This document shows positions 29,851 to 39,267 of a stretch of DNA of 60,346 nt, piece by piece. The notes beneath the pieces are model-generated. The model saw only the letters and a list, made by a program, of their open reading frames with translations, searched no databases and was not told the origin of the DNA. Made by a program: the position numbers and the translations under genes. Origin of the DNA: a virus (lineage: Duplodnaviria > Heunggongvirae > Uroviricota > Caudoviricetes); IMG/VR virus record IMGVR_UViG_3300045988_141393, one strand, 5' to 3'. Each line of letters starts with the position of its first letter. Within the stretch, counting starts at the first letter, position 1.

Positions 29851-30888
29851 TTACCAGAGCTTCGCGGCGTACTGCGTTTGGGGGAATGTGTATCCGTAAC
29901 GTTCTTCGATTGCTTTGCCGTATTTTTTACGAGCTTCATTCAGTTTAATGCCGGTCAGGTCGTCTCCAGAGGCCATCATTACGTCTAACAATTCCAGATC
30001 CATTTTATCCAGCCTTGCCATTGCTTCACGTGATGTACGTATCTTACGTTCAATGATATGGCGAATAGCCGGATCGGCATCCTCCAGCATCTTAGCGGAT
30101 TTCTGCTTAAGGCTTTCATTGCGAATATCGATGTTCCTTAAGATGTACGACTTCGCAACGTAGCTTGGCTGGTGTTTTTCCAGGTCACGAACACGATATA
30201 AGTTAAAATCGCCGAGAAGGCTGCAAGGTACCGATTCGACGCCAGAATAAATTGTAATGCTCCGGCGTTCACCAACATTATTGACAACGGGGATCGTTGT
30301 CTTCGGTAGTCTTGCGAAAACCAATGCGCCATGTGCGCCAACTCTAAAGCGAGAAAGGGCATTGCTGCCTTCGATGTTTGTTGTCAGCACAACATCTGTA
30401 TATGCCTCTTTACGCGCCCGGTAGATCTCGCCTTCAGGCTCAGCTTCAAAGAAGCGCTGTTCTTCTTCAAGAGCACCTACGATTTGAGAAAAAACCCTAT
30501 TTTTCAGGCTTTTCTTTATGATTTTGTCGTATTTTTTTAGCAATTGTTCACGTGTAAATGTACGTGTTGTTGTAGCGCTTTGCACAACGACATGCGTGCT
30601 TTGATTGGTGTCCTCAATGATGAATGGGATCGGAGAATATACAGACTCAACAATGTTCGACGCTTTGCCGTCGGCATCGCGGCACATGTCAACGAAGGCT
30701 TTCCATTCAGCAAGACATTTTTCAGCTTCTTCTAATATGTTTTGGTCATGCGTTAATGCAACATGGCGGAATTCCTCGCCAGCATAACTGGTATCATGGA
30801 AAACAGAGTTTGCGACCACCAGCTCTTTCCACCGTTCAGCGGTTTGCAGGAACCGTTTGTACTCTTTCTCGATCGACTTCTTACTCAT
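29851..30888 (-). CDS. Hypothetical protein in the immunity-repressor (C1) position
   Basis: 345 aa, AGGA RBS; lies between terminase genes and lox-Cre as c1 does in P1; recurrent operator-like motif 20 bp upstream of its start; identity not verified. Confidence 0.3.
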   Translation of the reverse strand: MSKKSIEKEYKRFLQTAERWKELVVANSVFHDTSYAGEEFRHVALTHDQNILEEAEKCLAEWKAFVDMCRDADGKASNIVESVYSPIPFIIEDTNQSTHVVVQSATTTRTFTREQLLKKYDKIIKKSLKNRVFSQIVGALEEEQRFFEAEPEGEIYRARKEAYTDVVLTTNIEGSNALSRFRVGAHGALVFARLPKTTIPVVNNVGERRSITIYSGVESVPCSLLGDFNLYRVRDLEKHQPSYVAKSYILRNIDIRNESLKQKSAKMLEDADPAIRHIIERKIRTSREAMARLDKMDLELLDVMMASGDDLTGIKLNEARKKYGKAIEERYGYTFPQTQYAAKLW

Positions 30889-30906
30889 TATTCCTACTCG
30901 ATTTAG

Positions 30907-30916
30907 TTTTCTAACA
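30907..30916. promoter_or_regulatory. Recurrent TTTCTAACA motif in promoter region of C1-position gene
   Basis: ttttctaaca immediately upstream of the minus-strand start at 30888. Confidence 0.4.
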
Positions 30917-31097
30917 TAAAATTACTATGACAAATTTATGTCGAATAACAGAGTGAGTAAAGGATCGAACTGTGATTTTTTGTCATCAATTTTAGAAAAC
31001 CAACCGTAGAAACCACACTTCGCAAATTAAAGACCATGAAGGCAACGTGTTACTGGTCATCATCAATCTATGATGGATTTAAAAAAATCGGCATTTT

Positions 31098-31131
31098 ATA
31101 ACTTTAAATAATTGGCATTATTTAAAGTTAA
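31098..31131. other. lox-like site (13-bp inverted repeats flanking 8-bp spacer)
   Basis: ATAACTTTAAATA-ATTGGCAT-TATTTAAAGTTAA; arms match 12/13; shares ATAACTT...ATA with loxP arms; 150 bp upstream of cre-like gene. Confidence 0.55.
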
Positions 31132-31282
31132 GCTATAATCATGGGTGGATGATCAGTGTTGACATCACTGAAAATACGTGCCTCGAATCAAAGGTTTGAA
31201 TCTTGAAAATTAACTTATAGCTACCCTGTCATTTTTATATTTTTCGCGTAGCGTCATCTGTATATAGAGGTTAAATAGTTTC

Positions 31283-32311
31283 ATGAGTGAATTAATTATC
31301 TCTGGCAGTTCCGGTGGTTTTCTGCGCAACATTGGCAAAGAGTACCAGGAAGCCGCAGAAAACTTTATGCGGTTCATGAATGACCAGGGAGCTTATGCGC
31401 CGAATACTCTGCGCGACCTCCGTTTGGTGTTTCATTCCTGGGCGCGCTGGTGTCACGCTCGCCAGCTTGCCTGGTTTCCGATCTCACCAGAAATGGCCCG
31501 CGAGTATTTTCTTCAGCTGCATGATGCCGATCTGGCTTCGACCACCATTGATAAGCACTACGCCATGCTGAACATGCTGCTTTCGCATTGTGGCCTTCCG
31601 CCACTTTCGGATGATAAAAGTGTTTCTCTGGCTATGCGGCGCATCCGGCGCGAAGCGGCAACTGAAAAAGGCGAACGAACAGGCCAGGCTATACCGCTGC
31701 GGTGGGACGATCTGAAACTGCTCGACGTCCTGTTGTCCAGGTCAGAACGGCTGGTGGATCTGCGCAACCGGGCTTTTCTCTTTGTTGCATACAATACGCT
31801 GATGCGTATGTCGGAAATCTCGCGTATTCGTGTAGGAGATCTGGACCAAACAGGTGACACTGTCACGCTACATATTTCACACACGAAGACAATAACGACC
31901 GCCGCCGGGCTTGATAAGGTGCTTTCCCGTCGCACTACCGCTGTGCTGAATGACTGGCTGGATGTTTCCGGGCTTCGCGAACATCCTGACGCAGTGCTGT
32001 TCCCGCCGATACACCGTAGCAATAAGGCCAGGATCACGACAACGCCCCTTACTGCACCTGCAATGGAGAAAATATTCAGCGACGCCTGGGTGTTGCTGAA
32101 TAAAAGAGATGCTACGCCAAACAAAGGAAGATACCGGACGTGGACCGGGCATAGTGCACGCGTCGGGGCCGCTATTGATATGGCTGGAAAGCAGGTGTCT
32201 ATGGTGGAGATCATGCAGGAAGGAACCTGGAAGAAACCGGAAACACTTATGCGGTATCTTCGCCGTGGCGGCGTGTCTGTGGGGGCTAATAGCCGCCTGA
32301 TGGATTCGTAA
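31283..32311 (+). CDS. cre: Cre-like tyrosine site-specific recombinase
   Basis: 342 aa (P1 Cre is 343); blocks WARWCHARQLAWFP, RNRAFLFVAYNTLMRMSEISRIRVGDLD, WTGHSARVGAAIDMA, IMQEGTWKKPETLMRYLR parallel Cre. Confidence 0.8.
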   Translation: MSELIISGSSGGFLRNIGKEYQEAAENFMRFMNDQGAYAPNTLRDLRLVFHSWARWCHARQLAWFPISPEMAREYFLQLHDADLASTTIDKHYAMLNMLLSHCGLPPLSDDKSVSLAMRRIRREAATEKGERTGQAIPLRWDDLKLLDVLLSRSERLVDLRNRAFLFVAYNTLMRMSEISRIRVGDLDQTGDTVTLHISHTKTITTAAGLDKVLSRRTTAVLNDWLDVSGLREHPDAVLFPPIHRSNKARITTTPLTAPAMEKIFSDAWVLLNKRDATPNKGRYRTWTGHSARVGAAIDMAGKQVSMVEIMQEGTWKKPETLMRYLRRGGVSVGANSRLMDS

Positions 32312-32384
32312 ATTAAATTTCTAACACATCTTTTTAGATTAACGTCTTTGCTGTAAAGTACCCTCGCCTATTTAGGAGGGTGCT

Positions 32385-32729
32385 TTGCAGAGTCAAATCA
32401 CGGAATCAAGACGCTTCAAGGTGGATGGTTACACCGTAACCTTCGCCGCTGGTGTTAAGAACAGTCATGCTGTCGTTGTGTTCGGCATCATGACCGGGCT
32501 TGAGGCCGTCCCTGTGTTTACCCTCGAAAAAAACTGGCGAAATCTGGAGGAAGCAGAAAGCTACGTCCGGAAAGTAACCATCATTGCCGCCGAAAAACTC
32601 CTGGCCCACTATCAGGAAAATTATCGCACTATGGTCGAGAAGATTAATCTCGCTTTCACTCGCCCCACTACCGGCTTTATTGCACCGGATACTAATGCAG
32701 GTCGATATCCGGCAAGGGGGCGTCGGTGA
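32385..32729 (+). CDS. Hypothetical protein
   Basis: 114 aa ORF. Confidence 0.3.
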   Translation: MQSQITESRRFKVDGYTVTFAAGVKNSHAVVVFGIMTGLEAVPVFTLEKNWRNLEEAESYVRKVTIIAAEKLLAHYQENYRTMVEKINLAFTRPTTGFIAPDTNAGRYPARGRR

Positions 32730-33202
32730 AAACTTATTACCCATCTCTGAATTGTTACCCGTCTTCCTATCCAGAATTGTCCGGGAAGCTGTTAGCTCTA
32801 TTAGCTAAAGCACCTACGGAATGGTTTAAGCCAGTCGTTATCAATCCACACTTCCTGGATTACGGATCTGTTCGCACTCGTAACGAACTCAAAAACCTAC
32901 TGGCGCATGGATTCATTCGACACCGTGCCGGGAAAGGCTATCAGTTAGCGATTGCGCCAGAAGAGGCCGTGCGGCTATTCGCATATCGTGACAGCCAGAC
33001 AAAAGCTCGGGTAATAGCTCAAATACTTCATAACGGCAGCACCTATGCCCGCCAGTTTGGCGGCGACACGTCGCAGTTCTTGCGGGCGGTGCGATCGCTG
33101 GAGGAGCAAGGAGTTATTGAAAGTTCCTGTCTTCCTGTTCCTACCGTTCCACATATCAAACGTCGGGTTTACACCTTCACGCAGAGAGCTAAAAAACAAT
33201 GA
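32726..33202 (+). CDS. Hypothetical protein
   Basis: 158 aa, overlapping stop/start with neighbours. Confidence 0.3.
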   Translation: MKTYYPSLNCYPSSYPELSGKLLALLAKAPTEWFKPVVINPHFLDYGSVRTRNELKNLLAHGFIRHRAGKGYQLAIAPEEAVRLFAYRDSQTKARVIAQILHNGSTYARQFGGDTSQFLRAVRSLEEQGVIESSCLPVPTVPHIKRRVYTFTQRAKKQ

Positions 33203-33693
33203 TTTACGTAAAAGTGAAACGCCTACATCCGGCAGCAAAACTTCCAGCTTATGCCACCTCCGGATCGGCGGCGATGGATTTTGAGGCTGTTGAAATAAAA
33301 CCATGCGTCGATAGCAATGGTGCAATTTCCTCAAGCTGGTGGGTGTATACCGGACTGGCTATGGAGATCCCGCCCGGCTGGTGTCTGAAACTCTATCCGC
33401 GATCAGGATTGGGCTGCAAAAAACATACTCGCCTGGCTAACTGCGTAGGAATTATCGACTCCGATTATCGCGGCGAAATCATGGCAAAACTGATTACTGA
33501 TCCAGGCGGGGAAGGCGTTTGTCTCAAGCCTGGAATGGCTGTCATGCAAGGAATTTTTGAGCGTGTTGAACAAGTCTCACTAGTCGAGGTTGAGGAACTC
33601 AACGAAACGGAGCGTGGTGCTGGTGGCTTTGGTAGCACATCGGAAGGCCGCGTTGAAATCAAGCGTACACCGCTTCAGTACGCAAAGTTTTAA
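33199..33693 (+). CDS. dut: dUTPase
   Basis: 164 aa; motifs AMDF, RSGL, IIDSDYRGE, RGAGGFGSTS. Confidence 0.65.
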   Translation: MIYVKVKRLHPAAKLPAYATSGSAAMDFEAVEIKPCVDSNGAISSSWWVYTGLAMEIPPGWCLKLYPRSGLGCKKHTRLANCVGIIDSDYRGEIMAKLITDPGGEGVCLKPGMAVMQGIFERVEQVSLVEVEELNETERGAGGFGSTSEGRVEIKRTPLQYAKF

Positions 33694-33707
33694 GTAGAGG
33701 AAGGATT

Positions 33708-34370
33708 ATGGCCAGCACTTTTCAGGTGTTCCCCAAATACAAATGCCACAGCATCATTCGGGCATCGAAAATCAAAGATATTGTTATTGTCGGCAAAGCT
33801 TATGCGCCAATTTTTGGCAGCATCGAAGTCGTGGAGCCAAAAGGAATGACGCTTCGTGTTGATGGTGTGTTCTTGGAAAAGTTCCGACCGCAAATAGGAG
33901 GATATCTCGTCACTGCTGAAAATGGTTATCTGGTCTATGTGCCAGAGAAAGCATTTGAAAAATGCTATAGCCGGGTTAACGACGCCTCCGAAAATGGGGT
34001 ATCGCTCAGCATTGAAGGTCACAATGGGGTGACATTCATTACAGCCAGGGACGTAACTATTTCTGCTGGCGGTATCGCTACTCTACAAGAAGAAATCGAC
34101 CTTGAAGCAGCCGACTTTTCTGACGCGCTGATGTGGATGAAGGATGGCAAGAAAGTTGCTCGACGCGGGTGGAACGGCGAAGACCAATTCTGCTGGCTGG
34201 TTCCTGAAGGACAGTACCCGGCACGAATGGAAGCCATTAAGGGATATTTCCCCGGCGACCTCGTTCCGTATGGTGCTTATTTCGCCTTAAAAAATGCACA
34301 AGGTGTAGTTGTTCCGTGGGTGCCTTCAGTTGGCGACCTGCTGGCCTGTGACTGGTTTGTTGTGGAGTGA
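33708..34370 (+). CDS. Protein with C-terminal DUF2829-like domain (Tad2-type candidate)
   Basis: 220 aa; ALMWMKDGKKVARRGWNG ... LLACDWFVVE. Confidence 0.45.
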   Translation: MASTFQVFPKYKCHSIIRASKIKDIVIVGKAYAPIFGSIEVVEPKGMTLRVDGVFLEKFRPQIGGYLVTAENGYLVYVPEKAFEKCYSRVNDASENGVSLSIEGHNGVTFITARDVTISAGGIATLQEEIDLEAADFSDALMWMKDGKKVARRGWNGEDQFCWLVPEGQYPARMEAIKGYFPGDLVPYGAYFALKNAQGVVVPWVPSVGDLLACDWFVVE

Positions 34371-34376
34371 TTTGAC

Positions 34377-35144
34377 ATGGAAAGCACTAAAACAATTCAA
34401 TACCGCTTGCGTAATGGCCTGCTGGTGGCTGTTAACGCCGACATGTCACTGCCGTTTGACACGATTGAACGCACTATCATGACGTATCTCGGCTTTAATG
34501 AAGAGCTGAATGAAGAGCATGGCGTAGCTATATGGAGTGATGCAGACAGCGGCGTTCGTCGTTACATCACCGCCAGGGGCAAAGACTACTCTCTGGAAGA
34601 ACTGTTTGCCCTTGCGCAGTCTTTCGAATGTGTAGCATTAGACCTGTTTAATGATCCTGCTATAGCGCAACGACTTATACGCGAGCTTGGGCTATCCGTT
34701 ACACCAATTATCTTTAAAAATGGCAGCCTGACTGGCACATGGCGCGTAGAACGCATCTCAAACTACCTTCCATATAACCGACAGTTAAATGGAGTAATCT
34801 CCGGCGTTAATCAGCCCGTAGCGTGTGAAAATGTAAACCTGGTTGTCGCTGTTTTGGCAACCGCATGTCGTGTTATCGGTTTGGCTAAACAGGCATTTAT
34901 TCATTTCCCAAATGGTGCAGAAGGTAGCGCAGAGATTATCGCGTGTGATTTCGAATTTACCTGGATGCTACGCGAATATCTGGACCAAACAGTATTCCGT
35001 GCCGAAGAACTGGATATGTATATCACGTCAACGATTCCAGACGATGTGCGAGCTGAAGCAATCGCTACAGCCAGGGCGAAATGCCGTGCGGCGATTGCAG
35101 AACAGGCCAAAGAAGAAGTTAAGGAAGTGGCAGATGGCGACTAA
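34377..35144 (+). CDS. Hypothetical protein
   Basis: 255 aa ORF. Confidence 0.35.
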   Translation: MESTKTIQYRLRNGLLVAVNADMSLPFDTIERTIMTYLGFNEELNEEHGVAIWSDADSGVRRYITARGKDYSLEELFALAQSFECVALDLFNDPAIAQRLIRELGLSVTPIIFKNGSLTGTWRVERISNYLPYNRQLNGVISGVNQPVACENVNLVVAVLATACRVIGLAKQAFIHFPNGAEGSAEIIACDFEFTWMLREYLDQTVFRAEELDMYITSTIPDDVRAEAIATARAKCRAAIAEQAKEEVKEVADGD

Positions 35145-36228
35145 GAGCAATATTTATAAAGATCCGCGCTGGCTGTCGCTGGTGGAGAAATATAAAGACA
35201 ATTGGGTACTGGCAGCAAAAGAATTGTTTGATATTGATTTAAGCCACCAGCAACAACAAATTGTTGAAGCTATACAGCCCAACAATGCAAAAGCTACTGT
35301 CACCACTCCGTATGGGATCGGACGACCGCAAGTGCTTGCTGTTATTAGTACCCTTTATACGATTATGTATCCTGATTCCCGGACAGTAATTGTTTATCCA
35401 AAATCAAATGCTTGCAAAAGAGGAATTGTTGCATATGTGTGGCAATGTTGGGAGGCATTACTGAAAAAACAACCTTTTATCATTGAGTATTTTAAGGTCG
35501 GTGATAGCGGTCTGATGTTCAATGAATTTTGGGGAATGTGCTTTTGTAACTACCGCCTTAACTATGAAGATAGCATTGCAGGTCACTACGCCGACCATCT
35601 TTTATTCATTATTGTGGATTCCGCACATATCAGCGATCGGGCATACAGCATTGTGTGGGCAAGCATGACTAGTGGTGATTCACGCATATTGCTCACTTCA
35701 ATTCCGTCACCAGAGGAAATAGGCTTTTTTTATGATTCACATCATGGACGTGCTTTAGCTGAAGATAATACGAGTGGTGTATATAAAGCCATTAAGCTGA
35801 GTGCGGAGGATTCACCATTTATTACCCAAGAATATCTTGATCATTTTGCCGAAAGGTATGGCGGGCGAAATAGTGATGACTATCGTCGTATGATTCTTGG
35901 TGAGTTCCCTGGTATTAGGGAGGCTGTTCTTGAATCAGATATGCCGAAGACAATGCGCTTTTCGATGCCTGATGGTAGTGAATGGACAATGCCATTACGA
36001 GTGATAGCCCGGCATCATGCGCAGCACCACGCCAAAAAACATGGCGTCACGACATTAGAATGGTTGAAATCGCACACTATTCCACTCTTCACTGCAGATC
36101 ACAATGCTATCGTTGAGTGGGCAAAAACAATTCCGTGGGAGCATGTCGCTGAATATGCTCACATGCTAAAACCGCCGAAAGACAGGCACGAAATTAGCTG
36201 GCTGACAGCCGAAAAAATCATTGAATGA
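35134..36228 (+). CDS. Terminase-large-subunit paralogue with degenerate ATPase motifs
   Basis: 364 aa from ATG 35134; shares DPRW, SHQQQQI, FYDSHH, SPF-T, YGGR, LG-FP blocks with 28315..29823 but Walker A is TPYGIGRPQ and Walker B is LLFIIVDSAH; no nuclease-like C-terminus. Confidence 0.45.
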   Translation: MATKSNIYKDPRWLSLVEKYKDNWVLAAKELFDIDLSHQQQQIVEAIQPNNAKATVTTPYGIGRPQVLAVISTLYTIMYPDSRTVIVYPKSNACKRGIVAYVWQCWEALLKKQPFIIEYFKVGDSGLMFNEFWGMCFCNYRLNYEDSIAGHYADHLLFIIVDSAHISDRAYSIVWASMTSGDSRILLTSIPSPEEIGFFYDSHHGRALAEDNTSGVYKAIKLSAEDSPFITQEYLDHFAERYGGRNSDDYRRMILGEFPGIREAVLESDMPKTMRFSMPDGSEWTMPLRVIARHHAQHHAKKHGVTTLEWLKSHTIPLFTADHNAIVEWAKTIPWEHVAEYAHMLKPPKDRHEISWLTAEKIIE

Positions 36229-36235
36229 TATCAAC

Positions 36236-36266
36236 AAAAAGCCCGCCTGGTCTGGCGGGCTTCTTT
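36236..36266. terminator. Bidirectional terminator between convergent genes
   Basis: AAGCCCGCC-tggtc-TGGCGGGCTT followed by T-rich run. Confidence 0.5.
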
Positions 36267-36273
36267 ATGCGCC

Positions 36274-36663
36274 TTAAATCACAGGTCTATAATCAAACTC
36301 CCCACTTCGGGCATCATTGATGACATGAGTGATCACACCAAAAACAGCATTACTGCCCGTGTATCCATCGTCATCTACTGGTAACGCCTCTTTCTTCCCG
36401 GTGCTTAAATCCTCCAGGTGCTGGCGCGGATACTTCCTGTATCTCTTTATGCGATATTCACCCTCCATAGCGCATATAAGCAGTGAACCATCAACCGGAG
36501 TAAGTGAGGAATCAACCACCAGCAAAGCACCTTGCAATATTCCCTCACGGTGATGGCTGTCTGCCGCCCGCATGAAGTAGGTCGCGGAAGGATGTCTGAT
36601 TAGTTGCTGATCAAGAGAAATGCGGCTCTCTGCATAATCCGCCGCAGGAGAAGGGAAGCCCAT
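36274..36663 (-). CDS. humD: UmuD'-like protein (HumD-like, pre-truncated UmuD homologue)
   Basis: 129 aa starting MGFPSPAADY...; aligns to UmuD from residue about 24 onward; LexA box directly upstream. Confidence 0.7.
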   Translation of the reverse strand: MGFPSPAADYAESRISLDQQLIRHPSATYFMRAADSHHREGILQGALLVVDSSLTPVDGSLLICAMEGEYRIKRYRKYPRQHLEDLSTGKKEALPVDDDGYTGSNAVFGVITHVINDARSGEFDYRPVI

Positions 36664-36681
36664 AGCGTTTTACCTCAATGA

Positions 36682-36701
36682 TACTGTTTATTCATACAGT
36701 A
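36682..36701. promoter_or_regulatory. LexA (SOS) box
   Basis: TACTGTTTATTCATACAGTA = CTGT-N8-ACAG, 19 bp upstream of humD-like start. Confidence 0.6.
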
Positions 36702-36786
36702 TACATTGAAAAGGCATAGTTTGTGAAAGCGGGGTTTGTAGGCGCGCCACGCTGGGGGCTAATCACATTTCTCCCCCATCTTGCCG

Positions 36787-37038
36787 TTATTTTTTTGGTG
36801 CATCCTCGTTCTGATACACCGGATCGCTCCCTTTTGGCAACTGGAGGCTTAACTGCCGGTAGTGCCGTAGCCGTTCCATGAAATAGGCGCGCAGGTTTTC
36901 CGGTTGCTCACGGGCCACCTGCTCTGCAATCACAGGTATATTCAGCCGTTCTTTGTAAGCAACGCCGCTGGCGGCAAGGTCTACGTTCACCTTGTCTCGC
37001 TCTTCCTGGCTTTTAGCTGCTATATTTCGATCTGACAC
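36787..37038 (-). CDS. Hypothetical small protein
   Basis: 83 aa ORF upstream of humD-like gene. Confidence 0.35.
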   Translation of the reverse strand: MSDRNIAAKSQEERDKVNVDLAASGVAYKERLNIPVIAEQVAREQPENLRAYFMERLRHYRQLSLQLPKGSDPVYQNEDAPKK

Positions 37039-37070
37039 AAGAAACCTCCCGGAGTTAGTGGATCAGGCAC

Positions 37071-37421
37071 ATGCACAATAACGTTCTCAATGTTAGCCGT
37101 TCAATTCAGACAATCAGAGACTGCACCAGTGTGGTGGCATCAATCCCATTGCGAAATAGCATAGACGAACTGCAAATTCGGGTATTGAATCTGAATCAGG
37201 CTAACAAGCAATTGCGCTTTATTTTGACGCTGAAAAGTGAAACAGAGGGGATAAAGCACAGCGTAAAAGTGTTTTCTGAGGCCATTCTGCTTAATGGGAA
37301 GCTCCGGCATCTGGTAAGGCCAGAACGTCAATATCCTGACGTCCTGGGTCGTGAAAAATACCTTCTTTCCGAAGTTCAAGATAAGGTGATCGATTTCGTT
37401 AAATCTCATCCCCTGCATTGA
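37071..37421 (+). CDS. Hypothetical protein (strand ambiguous; antisense alternative 37140..37418)
   Basis: 116 aa ATG-initiated ORF; fully overlapped by a 92-aa antisense ORF. Confidence 0.25.
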   Translation: MHNNVLNVSRSIQTIRDCTSVVASIPLRNSIDELQIRVLNLNQANKQLRFILTLKSETEGIKHSVKVFSEAILLNGKLRHLVRPERQYPDVLGREKYLLSEVQDKVIDFVKSHPLH

Positions 37422-37460
37422 GAGCAGGTGTTCCTCTTTGTAACAAAGATGCCACCAGCA

Positions 37461-37727
37461 TTATGGTTCGCATTTCCAAATGGTGTTCTGAACGCCCGTA
37501 CCGGGCGCGAGATGGGGATTAGCGTTCGCGCTATGCTGATATACGGCTTTAGACTTCCCATATTGCTGACAGGCTTTATCTGCGGTTTTTTGCAGACTAT
37601 CCAGCCCATACCAGCCATCTGACTGGATGCTTACCTTTTCACCGTCGTTGTATTGCACCATTGCACACCCAGACACTGCCAGCATCGCACCGACAATAAC
37701 GCTTTTCCATAAAACTCTATGCAACAT
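37461..37727 (-). CDS. Small lipoprotein
   Basis: About 88 aa from ATG 37727; signal peptide with lipobox LAVSGC; GAGGGGA RBS. Confidence 0.4.
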   Translation of the reverse strand: MLHRVLWKSVIVGAMLAVSGCAMVQYNDGEKVSIQSDGWYGLDSLQKTADKACQQYGKSKAVYQHSANANPHLAPGTGVQNTIWKCEP

Positions 37728-37772
37728 ATACAAAAATCCCCTCTGTGAATTGAGGGGATTTTAGCATGGTGA

Positions 37773-38507
37773 TCAGATATCGGCTTTATTCGGAATTTTA
37801 TCAGCCACCAGCGGCAATAAAGCCTTCGCCATTTCATGAACCAACATGGCATCAATGACGCCTAGCGTATGGCCCGGCTTAATCTTTAATGCGGCCTCAA
37901 GATAGCCTCTTTCCAGAGTGGTTTTTACGCTTTTCTTGGGCGATTGTTGGGAACTATCCGGAAAATCCGGATGGTTGCCAGCCTCATAAGCTACCCGCAA
38001 CCAGTGCATGAATGTTTCAGTAGACACACAACCGCAGTCCAAGTCGATTTTTTCGCGTTGTTGCCCCAGCCATTGCTCAAAATTTAACTTATTGGATGCT
38101 TCAAGAGCCTCTTCGTATTGTTTGCGCGAAATTATTTCCGTGTATTCCTCGCGATCAAGGTTACTTATCGGAAGCCTGACCTCAAGGCAAAAATTGCGCC
38201 CACGCGGGCTTTTCGCTGGATCAGAGCCAAAAGCAAAGAAACCATATGATGGTTCACAGCAGTCCTCTCTAACCATGCGACAATCGAGCACATCATCAGG
38301 CCACCCTCCACGCTTTGGCAGCTCCTGCACCAACAAGTCAATCAGCTTTATACTCTCACCGTCTTTGCAGGTTGCTAACGCTATTTGGGCAAGCTCCAAT
38401 ACCTCATCTGCCGTGTATCCAGCGCCGTGTCCATACATTTCGATGCGTGCAATAATCTCTGATATGCGAAATTTAGTGATTTTAGTCATAGTTTTATTTC
38501 CTTGCAT
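37773..38507 (-). CDS. Hypothetical protein
   Basis: 244 aa ORF. Confidence 0.4.
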   Translation of the reverse strand: MQGNKTMTKITKFRISEIIARIEMYGHGAGYTADEVLELAQIALATCKDGESIKLIDLLVQELPKRGGWPDDVLDCRMVREDCCEPSYGFFAFGSDPAKSPRGRNFCLEVRLPISNLDREEYTEIISRKQYEEALEASNKLNFEQWLGQQREKIDLDCGCVSTETFMHWLRVAYEAGNHPDFPDSSQQSPKKSVKTTLERGYLEAALKIKPGHTLGVIDAMLVHEMAKALLPLVADKIPNKADI

Positions 38508-38695
38508 GGTTCGCCTTTACGGCATACGGCTACACGGTCATTTCTTACATTAACCACTGTCACCGTTCCGTCATCACATTGAATAACGATGAAAGGGTGT
38601 TCATTCTCTTTTGTGCAATGTTGCTGTTCTCCAGCCATTGCAGCCGGAGGAGCAAATAGCGCCAGAACAAATGCCAACCTTAAAAAATGCTTCAT
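38486..38695 (-). CDS. Small secreted Cys-containing protein
   Basis: 69 aa; N-terminal signal peptide MKHFLRLAFVLALFAPPAAMA. Confidence 0.3.
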   Translation of the reverse strand: MKHFLRLAFVLALFAPPAAMAGEQQHCTKENEHPFIVIQCDDGTVTVVNVRNDRVAVCRKGEPCKEIKL

Positions 38696-38950
38696 TTGGC
38701 CTTATCCGTTATCAAAATTGGAATATCCGTTATCACGAGCGTGATATCCGTTATGAAGTGGGGAATAAGACCACTTACCAATACCCTCCGCCTGACTCAA
38801 AGTTGGCGATAAGCCAGGCTGCGAAAAGAGTAACCCCGCTCCAAAAACCACACCCCACCGTACCCCATTTAACACCACCAGCTAATAAAATAAATAAACC
38901 GCAAAGGCATACAAACAAAAAAGTAATCCAAAATTTCTTTCTGTTTTTCA

Positions 38951-39244
38951 TTATGGTTGACTCCAGTTATCTTCAATAGCAATGCTCAATCTTTGTAACC
39001 ATTCTGCTAATTTCAGCATTGCTTCTCTTTCGCTTAAACCACACGGAAACTCATCAAGCGATATTGTTGGCTTGAAGTTTCCCAAATTATCCATTTCGAC
39101 GGTCAGATTTTGCTCCAGCACGGTATTCCTTACGCGGCTATTGTGCCGAAGCAAATATACTGAACGTGATTTATTGGTTTTGTGGTCGAGCTGATATTCG
39201 GTAAGTATCATCTGGCTTCCGCCATGATTATTACCGCGCCACAT
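38951..39244 (-). CDS. Hypothetical protein
   Basis: 97 aa ORF. Confidence 0.3.
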   Translation of the reverse strand: MWRGNNHGGSQMILTEYQLDHKTNKSRSVYLLRHNSRVRNTVLEQNLTVEMDNLGNFKPTISLDEFPCGLSEREAMLKLAEWLQRLSIAIEDNWSQP

Positions 39245-39267
39245 AATTACTCCGTGTTAATTGAAAT

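Noticed and set aside
31558-32214. 218-aa minus-strand ORF and other antisense ORFs inside the cre-like gene
   Set aside because: Antisense to a gene with strong family-specific motifs
37140-37418. 92-aa minus-strand ORF
   Set aside because: Fully overlaps the plus-strand 116-aa ORF; neither is well supported, and the plus-strand one was listed at low confidence
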